From: Eledone cirrhosa
Taxonomy: Eukaryota
NCBI GenBank assembly: GCA_964016885.1
Contig: OZ024740.1
Coordinates: 262,074,001-262,138,000, forward strand
Direction of reading: 5' to 3'
DNA length: 64,000 bases
The stretch's first letter is position 1. Each line of letters begins with the position of its first letter. A program made the position numbers and the translations under genes. A model generated the notes under the pieces. It did not search any database. It worked only from the letters and a program-made list of their open reading frames with translations, and was not told the origin of the DNA. Shown in pieces: positions 52,201 through 63,492 of the stretch.

Positions 52201-55200
52201 CTCAGACAGGCTCGGACAGTCTTGAAGTCTAGGACACTGTTTCAGACAGGCTAGGACAGTCTTGAAGTCTAGGACACTGTCTCAGACAGGCTCGGACAGT
52301 CTTGAAGTCTAGGACACTGTTTCAGACAGGCTAGGACAGTCTTGAAGTCTAGGACAATGTCTCAGACAGGCTCGGACAGTCTTGAAGTCTAGGACACTGT
52401 CTCAGACAGGCTCGGACAGTCTTGAAGTCTAGGACACTGTCTCAGACAGGCTCGGACAGTCTTGAAGTCTAGGACACTATCTCAGACAGGCTCGGACAGT
52501 CTTGAAGTCTAGGACACTGTCTCAGACAGGCTCGGACAGTCTTGAAGTCTAGGACACTGTTTCAGACAGGCTAGGACAGTCTTGAAGTCTAGGACAATGT
52601 CTCAGACAGGCTCGGACAGTCTTGAAGTCTAGGACACTGTCTCAGACAGGCTCGGACAGTCTTGAAGTCTAGGACACTGTCTCAGACAGGCTCGGACAGT
52701 CTTGAAGTCTAGGACAATGTCTCAGACAGGCTTGGACAGTCTTGAAGTCTAGGACACTGTTTCAGACAGGCTCGGACAGTCTTGAAGTCTAGGACAATGT
52801 CTCAGACAGGCTCGGACAGTCTTGAAGTCTAGGACACTGTCTCAGACAGGCTCGGACAGTCTTGAAGTCTAGGACAATGTCTCAGACAGGCTCGGACAGT
52901 CTTGAAGTCTAGGACACTGTCTCAGACAGGCTCGGACAGTCTTGAAGTCTAGGACACTGTCTCAGACAGGCTCGGACAGTCTTGAAGTCTAGGACAATGT
53001 CTCAGACAGGCTCGGACAGTCTTGAAGTCTAGGACACTGTCTCAGACAGGCTCGGACAGTCTTGAAGTCTAGGACACTGTCTCAGACAGGCTCGGACAGT
53101 CTTGAAGTCTAGGACAATGTCTCAGACAGGCTCGGACAGTCTTGAAGTCTAGGACACTGTCTCAGACAGGCTCGGACAGTCTTGAAGTCTAGGACACTGT
53201 CTCAGACAGGCTCGGACAGTCTTGAAGTCTAGGACACTGTCTCAGACAGGCTCGGACAGTCTTGAAGTCTAGGACACTATCTCAGACAGGCTCGGACAGT
53301 CTTGAAGTCTAGGACCACTGTCTCAGACAGGCTCGACAGTCTTGAAGTCTAGGACACTGTCTCAGACAGGCTCGGACAGTCTTGAAGTCTAGGACAATGT
53401 CTCAGACAGGCTTGGACAGTCTTGAAGTCTAGGACACTGTTTCAGACAGGCTCGGACAGTCTTGAAGTCTAGGACAATGTCTCAGACAGGCTCGGACAGT
53501 CTTGAAGTCTAGGACACTGTCTCAGACAGGCTCGGACAGTCTTGAAGTCTAGGACAATGTCTCAGACAGGCTCGGACAGTCCTTGAAGTCTAGGACACTG
53601 TCTCAGACAGGCTCGGACAGTCTTGAAGTCTAGGACACTGTCTCAGACAGGCTCGGACAGTCTTGAAGTCTAGGACAATGTCTCAGACAGGCTCGGACAG
53701 TCTTGAAGTCTAGGACACTGTCTCAGACAGGCTCGGACAGTCTTGAAGTCTAGGACACTGTCTCAGACAGGCTCGGACAGTCTTGAAGTCTAGGACAATG
53801 TCTCAGACAGGCTCGGACAGTCTTGAAGTCTAGGACACTGTCTCAGACAGGCTCGGACAGTCTTGAAGTCTAGGACACTGTCTCAGACAGGCTCGGACAG
53901 TCTTGAAGTCTAGGACACTGTCTCAGACAGGCTCGGACAGTCTTGAAGTCTAGGACACTGTCTCAGACAGGCTCGGACAGTCTTGAAGTCTAGGACACTG
54001 TCTCAGACAGGCTCGGACAGTCTTGAAGTCTAGGACAATGTCTCAGACAGGCTCGGACAGTCTTGAAGTCTAGGACACTGTCTCAGACAGGCTCGGACAG
54101 TCTTGAAGTCTAGGGACACTGTCTCAGACAGGCTCGGACAGTCTTGAAGTCTAGGACACTGTCTCAGACAGGCTCGGACAGTCTTGAAGTCTAGGACACT
54201 GTCTCAGACAGGCTCGGACAGTCTTGAAGTCTAGGACACTGTCTCAGACAGGCTCGGACAGTCTTGAAGTCTAGGACACTGTCTCAGACAGGCTCGGACA
54301 GTCTTGAAGTCTAGGACAATGTCTCAGACAGGCTCGGACAGTCTTGAAGTCTAGGACACTGTCTCAGACAGGCTCGGACAGTCTTGAAGTCTAGGACACT
54401 GTCTCAGACAGGCTCGGACAGTCTTGAAGTCTAGGACACTGTCTCAGACAGGCTCGGACAGTCTTGAAGTCTAGGACAATGTCTCAGACAGGCTCGGACA
54501 GTCTTGAAGTCTAGGACACTGTCTCAGACAGGCTCGGACAGTCTTGAAGTCTAGGACAATGTCTCAGACAGGCTCGGACAGTCTTGAAGTCTAGGACACT
54601 GTCTCAGACAGGCTCGGACAGTCTTGAAGTCTAGGACACTGTCTCAGACAGGCTCGGACAGTCTTGAAGTCTAGGACAATGTCTCAGACAGGCTCGGACA
54701 GTCTTGAAGTCTAGGACACTGTCTCAGACAGGCTCGGACAGTCTTGAAGTCTAGGACACTGTCTCAGACAGGCTCGGACAGTCTTGAAGTCTAGGACACT
54801 GTCTCAGACAGGCTCGGACAGTCTTGAAGTCTAGGACACTGTCTCAGACAGGCTCGGACAGTCTTGAAGTCTAGGACACTGTCTCAGACAGGCTCGGACA
54901 GTCTTGAAGTCTAGGACAATGTCTCAGACAGGCTCGGACAGTCTTGAAGTCTAGGACACTGTCTCAGACAGGCTCGGACAGTCTTGAAGTCTAGGACACT
55001 GTCTCAGACAGGCTCGGACAGTCTTGAAGTCTAGGACACTGTCTCAGACAGGCTCGGACAGTCTTGAAGTCTAGGACACTGTCTCAGACAGGCTCGGACA
55101 GTCTTGAAGTCTAGGACACTGTCTCAGACAGGCTCGGACAGTCTTGAAGTCTAGGACACTGTCTCAGACAGGCTCGGACAGTCTTGAAGTCTAGGACAAT

Positions 55201-58200
55201 GTCTCAGACAGGCTCGGACAGTCTTGAAGTCTAGGACACTGTCTCAGACAGGCTCGGACAGTCTTGAAGTCTAGGACACTGTCTCAGACAGGCTCGGACA
55301 GTCTTGAAGTCTAGGACACTGTCTCAGACAGGCTCGGACAGTCTTGAAGTCTAGGACAATGTCTCAGACAGGCTCGGACAGTCTTGAAGTCTAGGACACT
55401 GTCTCAGACAGGCTCGGACAGTCTTGAAGTCTAGGACAATGTCTCAGACAGGCTCGGACAGTCTTGAAGTCTAGGACACTGTCTCAGACAGGCTCGGACA
55501 GTCTTGAAGTCTAGGACACTGTCTCAGACAGGCTCGGACAGTCTTAAAGTCTAGGACACTGTCTCAGACAGGCTCGGACAGTCTTAAAGTCTAGGACACT
55601 GTCTCAGACAGGCTAGGACAGTTTGAAGTCTAGGACAATGTCTCAGACAGGCTCGGACAGTCTTGAAGTCTAGGACAATGTCTCAGACAGGCTCGGACAG
55701 TCTTGAAGTCTAGGACACTGTCTCAGACAGGCTCGGACAGTCTTGAAGTCTAGGACACTGTCTCAGACAGGCTCGGACAGTCTTGAAGTCTAGGACACTG
55801 TTTCAGACAGGCTCGGACAGTCTTGAAGTCTAGGACACTGTCTCAGACAGGCTCGGACAGTCTTGAAGTCTAGGACACTGTCTCAGACAGGCTCGGACAG
55901 TCTTGAAGTCTAGGACACTGTCTCAGACAGGCTTGGACAGTCTTGAAGTCTAGGACACTGTCTCAGACAGGCTCGGACAGTCTTGAAGTCTAGGACACTG
56001 TCTCAGACAGGCTCGGACAGTCTTGAAGTCTAGGACAATGTCTCAGACAGGCTCGGACAGTCTTGAAGTCTAGGACACTGTCTCAGACAGGCTCGGACAG
56101 TCTTGAAGTCTAGGACACTGTCTCAGACAGGCTCGGACAGTCTTGAAGTCTAGGACACTGTCTCAGACAGGCTTGGACAGTCTTGAAGTCTAGGACACTG
56201 TCTCAGACAGGCTCGGACAGTCTTGAAGTCTAGGACACTGTCTCAGACAGGCTCGGACAGTCTTGAAGTCTAGGACAATGTCTCAGACAGGCTCGGACAG
56301 TCTTGAAGTCTAGGACACTGTCTCAGACAGGCTCGGACAGTCTTGAAGTCTAGGACACTGTCTCAGACAGGCTCGGACAGTCTTGAAGTCAAGGACACTG
56401 TCTCAGACAGGCTCGGACAGTCTTGAAGTCTAGGACACTGTCTCAGACAGGCTCGGACAGTCTTGAAGTCAAGGACACTGTCTCAGACAGGCTCGGACAG
56501 TCTTGAAGTCTAGGACACTGTCTCAGACAGGCTCGGACAGTCTTAAAGTCTAGGACACTGTCTCAGACAGGCTCGGACAGTCTTAAAGTCTAGGACACTG
56601 TCTCAGACAGGCTAGGACAGTTTGAAGTCTAGGACAATGTCTCAGACAGGCTCGGACAGTCTTGAAGTCTAGGACACTGTCTCAGACAGGCTCGGACAGT
56701 CTTGAAGTCTAGGACACTGTCTCAGACAGGCTCGGACAGTCTTGAAGTCTAGGACACTGTCTCAGACAGGCTCGGACAGTCTTGAAGTCTAGGACACTGT
56801 CTCAGACAGGCTCGGACAGTCTTGAAGTCTAGGACACTGTCTCAGACAGGCTCGGACAGTCTTGAAGTCTAGGACACTGTCTCAGACAGGCTTGGACAGT
56901 CTTGAAGTCTAGGACAATGTCTCAGACAGGCTCGGACAGTCTTGAAGTCTAGGACACTGTCTCAGACAGGCTCGGACAGTCTTGAAGTCTAGGACACTGT
57001 CTCAGACAGGCTCGGACAGTCTTGAAGTCAAGGACACTGTCTCAGACAGGCTCGGACAGTCTTGAAGTCTAGGACACTGTCTCAGACAGGCTAGGACAGT
57101 TTGAAGTCTAGGACAATGTCTCAGACAGGCTCGGACAGTCTTGAAGTCTAGGACACTGTCTCAGACAGGCTCGGACAGTCTTGAAGTCTAGGACACTGTC
57201 TCAGACAGGCTCGGACAGTCTTGAAGTCTAGGACACTGTCTCAGACAGGCTCGGACAGTCTTGAAGTCTAGGACACTGTCTCAGACAGGCTCGGACAGTC
57301 TTGAAGTCTAGGACACTGTCTCAGACAGGCTCGGACAGTCTTGAAGTCTAGGACACTGTCTCAGACAGGCTTGGACAGTCTTGAAGTCTAGGACAATGTC
57401 TCAGACAGGCTCGGACAGTCTTGAAGTCTAGGACACTGTCTCAGACAGGCTCGGACAGTCTTGAAGTCTAGGACACTGTCTCAGACAGGCTCGGACAGTC
57501 TTGAAGTCAAGGACACTGTCTCAGACAGGCTCGGACAGTCTTGAAGTCTAGGACACTGTCTCAGACAGGCTCGGACAGTCTTGAAGTCAAGGACACTGTC
57601 TCAGACAGGCTCGGACAGTCTTGAAGTCTAGGACACTGTCTCAGACAGGCTCGGACAGTCTTGAAGTCTAGGACACTGTCTCAGACAGGCTCGGACAGTC
57701 TTGAAGTCTAGGACACTGTCTCAGACAGGCTTGGACAGTCTTGAAGTCTAGGACAATGTCTCAGACAGGCTCGGACAGTCTTGAAGTCTAGGACACTGTC
57801 TCAGACAGGCTCGGACAGTCTTGAAGTCAAGGACACTGTTTCAGACAGGCTAGGACAGTCTTGAAGTCTAGGACAATGTCTCAGACAGGCTCGGACAGTC
57901 TTGAAGTCTAGGACACTGTCTCAGACAGGCTCGGACAGTCTTGAAGTCTAGGACACTGTCTCAGACAGGCTCGGACAGTCTTGAAGTCTAGGACAATGTC
58001 TCAGACAGGCTTGGACAGTCTTGAAGTCTAGGACACTGTCTCAGACAGGCTAGGACAGTCTTGAAGTCTAGGACACTGTCTCAGACAGGCTCGGACAGTC
58101 TTGAAGTCTAGGACACTGTCTCAGACAGGCTCGGACAGTCTTGAAGTCTAGGACACTGTCTCAGACAGGCTCGGACAGTCTTGAAGTCTAGGACACTGTC

Positions 58201-61200
58201 TCAGACAGGCTTGGACAGTCTTGAAGTCTAGGACACTGTCTCAGACAGGCTCGGACAGTCTTGAAGTCTAGGACACTGTCTCAGACAGGCTTGGACAGTC
58301 TTGAAGTCTAGGACACTGTCTCAGACAGGCTCGGACAGTCTTGAAGTCTAGGACACTGTCTCAGACAGGCTCGGACAGTCTTGAAGTCTAGGACACTGTT
58401 TCAGACAGGCTCGGACAGTCTTGAAGTCTAGGACACTGTCTCAGACAGGCTCGGACAGTCTTGAAGTCTAGGACACTGTCTCAGACAGGCTCGGACAGTC
58501 TTGAAGTCTAGGACACTGTCTCAGACAGGCTTGGACAGTCTTGAAGTCTAGGACACTGTCTCAGACAGGCTCGGACAGTCTTGAAGTCTAGGACACTGTC
58601 TCAGACAGGCTCGGACAGTCTTGAAGTCTAGGACACTGTTTCAGACAGGCTCGGACAGTCTTGAAGTCTAGGACACTGTCTCAGACAGGCTCGGACAGTC
58701 TTGAAGTCTAGGACACTGTCTCAGACAGGCTCGGACAGTCTTAAAGTCTAGGACACTGTCTCAGACAGGCTCGGACAGTCTTAAAGTCTAGGACACTGTC
58801 TCAGACAGGCTAGGACAGTTTGAAGTCTAGGACAATGTCTCAGACAGGCTCGGACAGTCTTGAAGTCTAGGACACTGTCTCAGACAGGCTCGGACAGTCT
58901 TGAAGTCTAGGACACTGTCTCAGACAGGCTCGGACAGTCTTGAAGTCTAGGACACTGTCTCAGACAGGCTCGGACAGTCTTGAAGTCTAGGACACTGTCT
59001 CAGACAGGCTCGGACAGTCTTGAAGTCTAGGACAATGTCTCAGACAGGCTCGGACAGTCTTGAAGTCTAGGACACTGTCTCAGACAGGCTTGGACAGTCT
59101 TGAAGTCTAGGACAATGTCTCAGACAGGCTCGGACAGTCTTGAAGTCTAGGACACTGTCTCAGACAGGCTTGGACAGTCTTGAAGTCTAGGACAATGTCT
59201 CAGACAGGCTCGGACAGTCTTGAAGTCTAGGACACTGTCTCAGACAGGCTCGGACAGTCTTGAAGTCTAGGACACTGTCTCAGAGAGGCTTGGACAGTCT
59301 TGAAGTCTAGGACAATGTCTCAGACAGGCTCGGACAGTCTTGAAGTCTAGGACACTGTCTCAGACAGGCTCGGACAGTCTTGAAGTCTAGGACACTGTCT
59401 CAGACAGGCTCGGACAGTCTTGAAGTCTAGGACACTGTCTCAGACAGGCTCGGACAGTCTTGAAGTCTAGGACACTGTCTCAGACAGGCTTGGACAGTCT
59501 TGAAGTCTAGGACAATGTCTCAGACAGGCTTGGACAGTCTTGAAGTCTAGGACACTGTTTCAGACAGGCTCGGACAGTCTTGAAGTCTAGGACACTGTTT
59601 CAGACAGGCTCGGACAGTCTTGAAGTCTAGGACACTGTCTCAGACAGGCTCGGACAGTCTTGAAGTCTAGGACAATGTCTCAGACAGGCTCGGACAGTCT
59701 TGAAGTCAAGGACAATGTCTCAGACAGGCTCGGACAGTCTTGAAGTCTAGGACACTGTCTCAGACAGGCTCGGACAGTCTTGAAGTCTAGGACACTGTCT
59801 CAGACAGGCTCGGACAGTCTTGAAGTCTAGGACACTGTCTCAAAAAAGGCTCGGACAGTCTTGAAGTCTAGGACACTGTCTCAGACAGGCTCGGACAGTC
59901 TTGAAGTCTAGGACACTGTTTCAGACAGGCTTGGACAGTCTTGAAGTCTAGGACACTGTCTCAGACAGGCTCGGACAGTCTTGAAGTCTAGGACACTGTC
60001 TCAGACAGGCTCGGACAGTCTTGAAGTCTAGGACACTGTCTCAGACAGGCTTGGACAGTCTTGAAGTCTAGGACACTGTTTCAGACAGGCTTGGACAGTC
60101 TTGAAGTCTAGGACAATGTCTCAGACAGGCTCGGACAGTCTTGAAGTCAAGGACAATGTCTCAGACAGGCTCGGACAGTCTTGAAGTCTAGGACACTGTC
60201 TCAGACAGGCTCGGACAGTCTTGAAGTCTAGGACACTGTCTCAGACAGGCTCGGACAGTCTTGAAGTCTAGGACAATGTCTCAGACAGGCTCGGACAGTC
60301 TTGAAGTCTAGGACACTGTCTCAGACAGGCTCGGACAGTCTTAAAGTCTAGGACACTGTCTCAGACAGGCTCGGACAGTCTTGAAGTCTAGGACAATGTC
60401 TCAGACAGGCTCGGACAGTCTTGAAGTCTAGGACACTGTTTCAGACATGCTCGGACAGTCTTGAAGTCTAGGACAATGTCTCAGACAGGCTCAGACAGTC
60501 TTGAAGTCTAGGACAATGTCTCAGACAGGCTCGGACAGTCTTGAAGTCTAGGACACTGTCTCAGACAGGCTTGGACAGTCTTGAAGTCTAGGACAATGTC
60601 TCAGACAGGCTCGGACAGTCTTGAAGTCTAGGACACTGTCTCAGACAGGCTTGGACAGTCTTGAAGTCTAGGACAATGTCTCAGACAGGCTCGGACAGTC
60701 TTGAAGTCTAGGACACTGTCTCAGACAGGCTCGGACAGTCTTGAAGTCTAGGACACTGTCTCAGAGAGGCTTGGACAGTCTTGAAGTCTAGGACAATGTC
60801 TCAGACAGGCTCGGACAGTCTTGAAGTCTAGGACACTGTCTCAGACAGGCTCGGACAGTCTTGAAGTCTAGGACACTGTCTCAGACAGGCTCGGACAGTC
60901 TTGAAGTCTAGGACACTGTCTCAGACAGGCTCGGACAGTCTTGAAGTCTAGGACACTGTCTCAGACAGGCTTGGACAGTCTTGAAGTCTAGGACAATGTC
61001 TCAGACAGGCTTGGACAGTCTTGAAGTCTAGGACACTGTTTCAGACAGGCTCGGACAGTCTTGAAGTCTAGGACACTGTTTCAGACAGGCTCGGACAGTC
61101 TTGAAGTCTAGGACACTGTCTCAGACAGGCTCGGACAGTCTTGAAGTCTAGGACAATGTCTCAGACAGGCTCGGACAGTCTTGAAGTCAAGGACAATGTC

Positions 61201-62110
61201 TCAGACAGGCTCGGACAGTCTTGAAGTCTAGGACACTGTCTCAGACAGGCTCGGACAGTCTTGAAGTCTAGGACACTGTCTCAGACAGGCTCGGACAGTC
61301 TTGAAGTCTAGGACACTGTCTCAGACAGGCTCGGACAGTCTTGAAGTCTAGGACACTGTTTCAGACAGGCTTGGACAGTCTTGAAGTCTAGGACACTGTC
61401 TCAGACAGGCTCGGACAGTCTTGAAGTCTAGGACACTGTCTCAGACAGGCTCGGACAGTCTTGAAGTCTAGGACACTGTCTCAGACAGGCTTGGACAGTC
61501 TTGAAGTCTAGGACACTGTTTCAGACAGGCTTGGACAGTCTTGAAGTCTAGGACAATGTCTCAGACAGGCTCGGACAGTCTTGAAGTCAAGGACAATGTC
61601 TCAGACAGGCTCGGACAGTCTTGAAGTCTAGGACACTGTCTCAGACAGGCTCGGACAGTCTTGAAGTCTAGGACACTGTCTCAGACAGGCTCGGACAGTC
61701 TTGAAGTCTAGGACAATGTCTCAGACAGGCTCGGACAGTCTTGAAGTCTAGGACACTGTCTCAGACAGGCTCGGACAGTCTTAAAGTCTAGGACACTGTC
61801 TCAGACAGGCTCGGACAGTCTTGAAGTCTAGGACAATGTCTCAGACAGGCTCGGACAGTCTTGAAGTCTAGGACACTGTTTCAGACATGCTCGGACAGTC
61901 TTGAAGTCTAGGACAATGTCTCAGACAGGCTCAGACTTGGTAGGACAGGTTTAGACATGCTTGGATACTCTTGATGTCTAGGACGCTGCCTCAGAAATGC
62001 TCGGACACGTTCAGACATTCTCAGACACTCTTGAAGTCTAGGACATTGTCTCAGACATGCTCGGACAGGTTCAGACATGCTCGGACACTGTCTCAGACAT
62101 GCTCGGACAT
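16277..62110. repeat. 40-bp satellite DNA array, ~45.8 kb, roughly 1,140 head-to-tail monomers; consensus AGTCTTGAAGTCTAGGACACTGTCTCAGACAGGCTCGGAC
   Basis: Directly visible 40-bp period. Homogeneous core ~16380-61936 with a small set of recurrent substitutions and rare 1-3 bp indels. Degenerate margins at 16277-16380 and 61937-62110. No inserted elements and no orientation switch seen. Confidence 0.99.
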
Positions 62111-62189
62111 TGTGTGCTGGTGGGAGGTTGTGGTATTAGTGGGGGTGAGTGGGGTGTTGGGGTGAAAACGAAAACAAAACATTTATTTT

Positions 62190-62483
62190 TTGTGTATATA
62201 TAAGTTGCGTGTGTGTTTATATGTGTATATATATATATATATGTGTATGTATATATATATATGTATATATGCATATGTATATATATATATGTATGTGTAT
62301 ACATATGTATGAATGTGTATATATATCTATGTATGCATGTGTGTATATGTATGTTTCTATATATGTGTGTGTATATATATATATATATATATGTACATAT
62401 ATATGCATGTATACATGTGTATATGTATACATATATGCATGTGTATATATATCTATGTATGCATATGTGTATATGTATGTTTC

Positions 62484-62518
<35 letters not shown>

Positions 62519-62719
62519 GTACATATATGTATATATATATGTACATATGTGTATATATATGTACATATATGTATATATATATATATAGATGTATATATAT
62601 GTGTGTGTGTATATATATGTATATATATGTATGTATATGTGTGTGTATATATCTATATATATATATGTGTGTGTGTGTTTGTATATATCTATATATATAT
62701 ATATGTGTGTACGTGTGTT

Positions 62720-62767
<48 letters not shown>
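62190..62767. repeat. Compound (TA)n/(TG)n/(TATG)n low-complexity tract
   Basis: Alternating purine-pyrimidine dinucleotide runs read directly. Confidence 0.97.
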
Positions 62768-62768
<1 letters not shown>

Positions 62769-62897
62769 GCAAAGTTTTATTTAAATTGTTGGGTTACAAC
62801 GAGTAAATATTTATAACTGATATAAAAGCACTCAACAAGTATTTGGAGTATATTTACGATATTAAATAAATGGAAACTATATTTATAAAACCATATT

Positions 62898-62963
62898 TAT
62901 TTCATTATATATATTTCAGGGATATCATATTAAAAATATGGTATGCCTTCATCAGACAAAATA
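62898..62963 (-). ncRNA. Mirror copy of the minimal hammerhead ribozyme, putative
   Basis: Exact reverse complement of 63043-63108 within the left arm of the inverted repeat (TCATCAG on + at ~62949-62955). Confidence 0.7.
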
Positions 62964-63042
62964 CAATATAAACAACTTTTTAAATGGAAGTTGAAGTTGT
63001 AAGGTATGTCAAATCTATCTATTTATAAGACTGTTTATATTG

Positions 63043-63108
63043 TATTTTGTCTGATGAAGGCATACCATATTTTTAATATGATATCCCTGAAATATATATA
63101 ATGAAATA
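63043..63108 (+). ncRNA. Minimal type I hammerhead ribozyme (Penelope-type), putative
   Basis: Stem I TATTTTGT (63043-63050) pairs with ATGAAATA (63101-63108) using two G-U pairs. CTGATGA core at 63051-63057. Stem II hairpin at 63058-63088. GAAA at 63089-63092. 2-bp stem III with palindromic ATAT loop. Cleavage triplet AUA at 63098-63100. Confidence 0.72.
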
Positions 63109-63338
63109 AATATGGTTTTATAAATATAGTTTCCATTTATTTAATATCGTATATATATATATATATATATATACTAGTAGGTGGTGGCCACCCTATTCAG
63201 CGGAGAGTGTGTAGTTAATTGATGTTGACTGGTATTAAACCCTAGGCTGTAAGGAACCACCAACAGGACTACAATACAAGACACTTGTCAGGATTTTCAG
63301 AATTTCTGGCAATCCACAGGGTAATAATAATAATAATA

Positions 63339-63374
63339 CATGTGTATATCTGTGTGTGTGTATATGTATATGTG

Positions 63375-63451
<77 letters not shown>
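63339..63451. repeat. (TG)/(TA)n microsatellite
   Basis: Long perfect TA run at ~63381-63450, preceded by TG/TA. Confidence 0.97.
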
Positions 63452-63453
<2 letters not shown>

Positions 63454-63492
63454 TATGAAGAGAGAAGAAACATTTAGATATAATTAGTAATA

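Larger units (their letters stand above)
62855..63151. mobile_element. Penelope-like element remnant: 120-bp perfect inverted repeat (62855-62974 and 63032-63151) around a 57-bp spacer
   Basis: Arms are exact reverse complements by manual reading. Each contains a hammerhead core and AATAAA. The spacer has an AG/GTATGT splice-donor-like site and the right arm abuts (TA)n. Inverted partial pLTRs and minimal hammerheads are established PLE traits. Confidence 0.7.

Noticed and set aside
16380-61936. CRISPR array (regular ~40-bp period with palindromic repeat)
   Set aside because: There are no unique spacers, monomers are directly head-to-tail, no cas genes are present, and the context is eukaryotic.
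16380-61936. Repetitive protein-coding gene
   Set aside because: The 40-bp unit cycles through all frames and contains TAG on both strands (CTAG) plus TGA. The ORF track shows nothing across the array.
63174-63323. Helitron/Helentron end (ACTAG next to TA run)
   Set aside because: Only a CTAG motif was seen, with no clear subterminal hairpin or second end.
62071-63453. Y/I/C/V/M-rich ORFs
   Set aside because: These are translations of (TA)n/(TG)n microsatellites.
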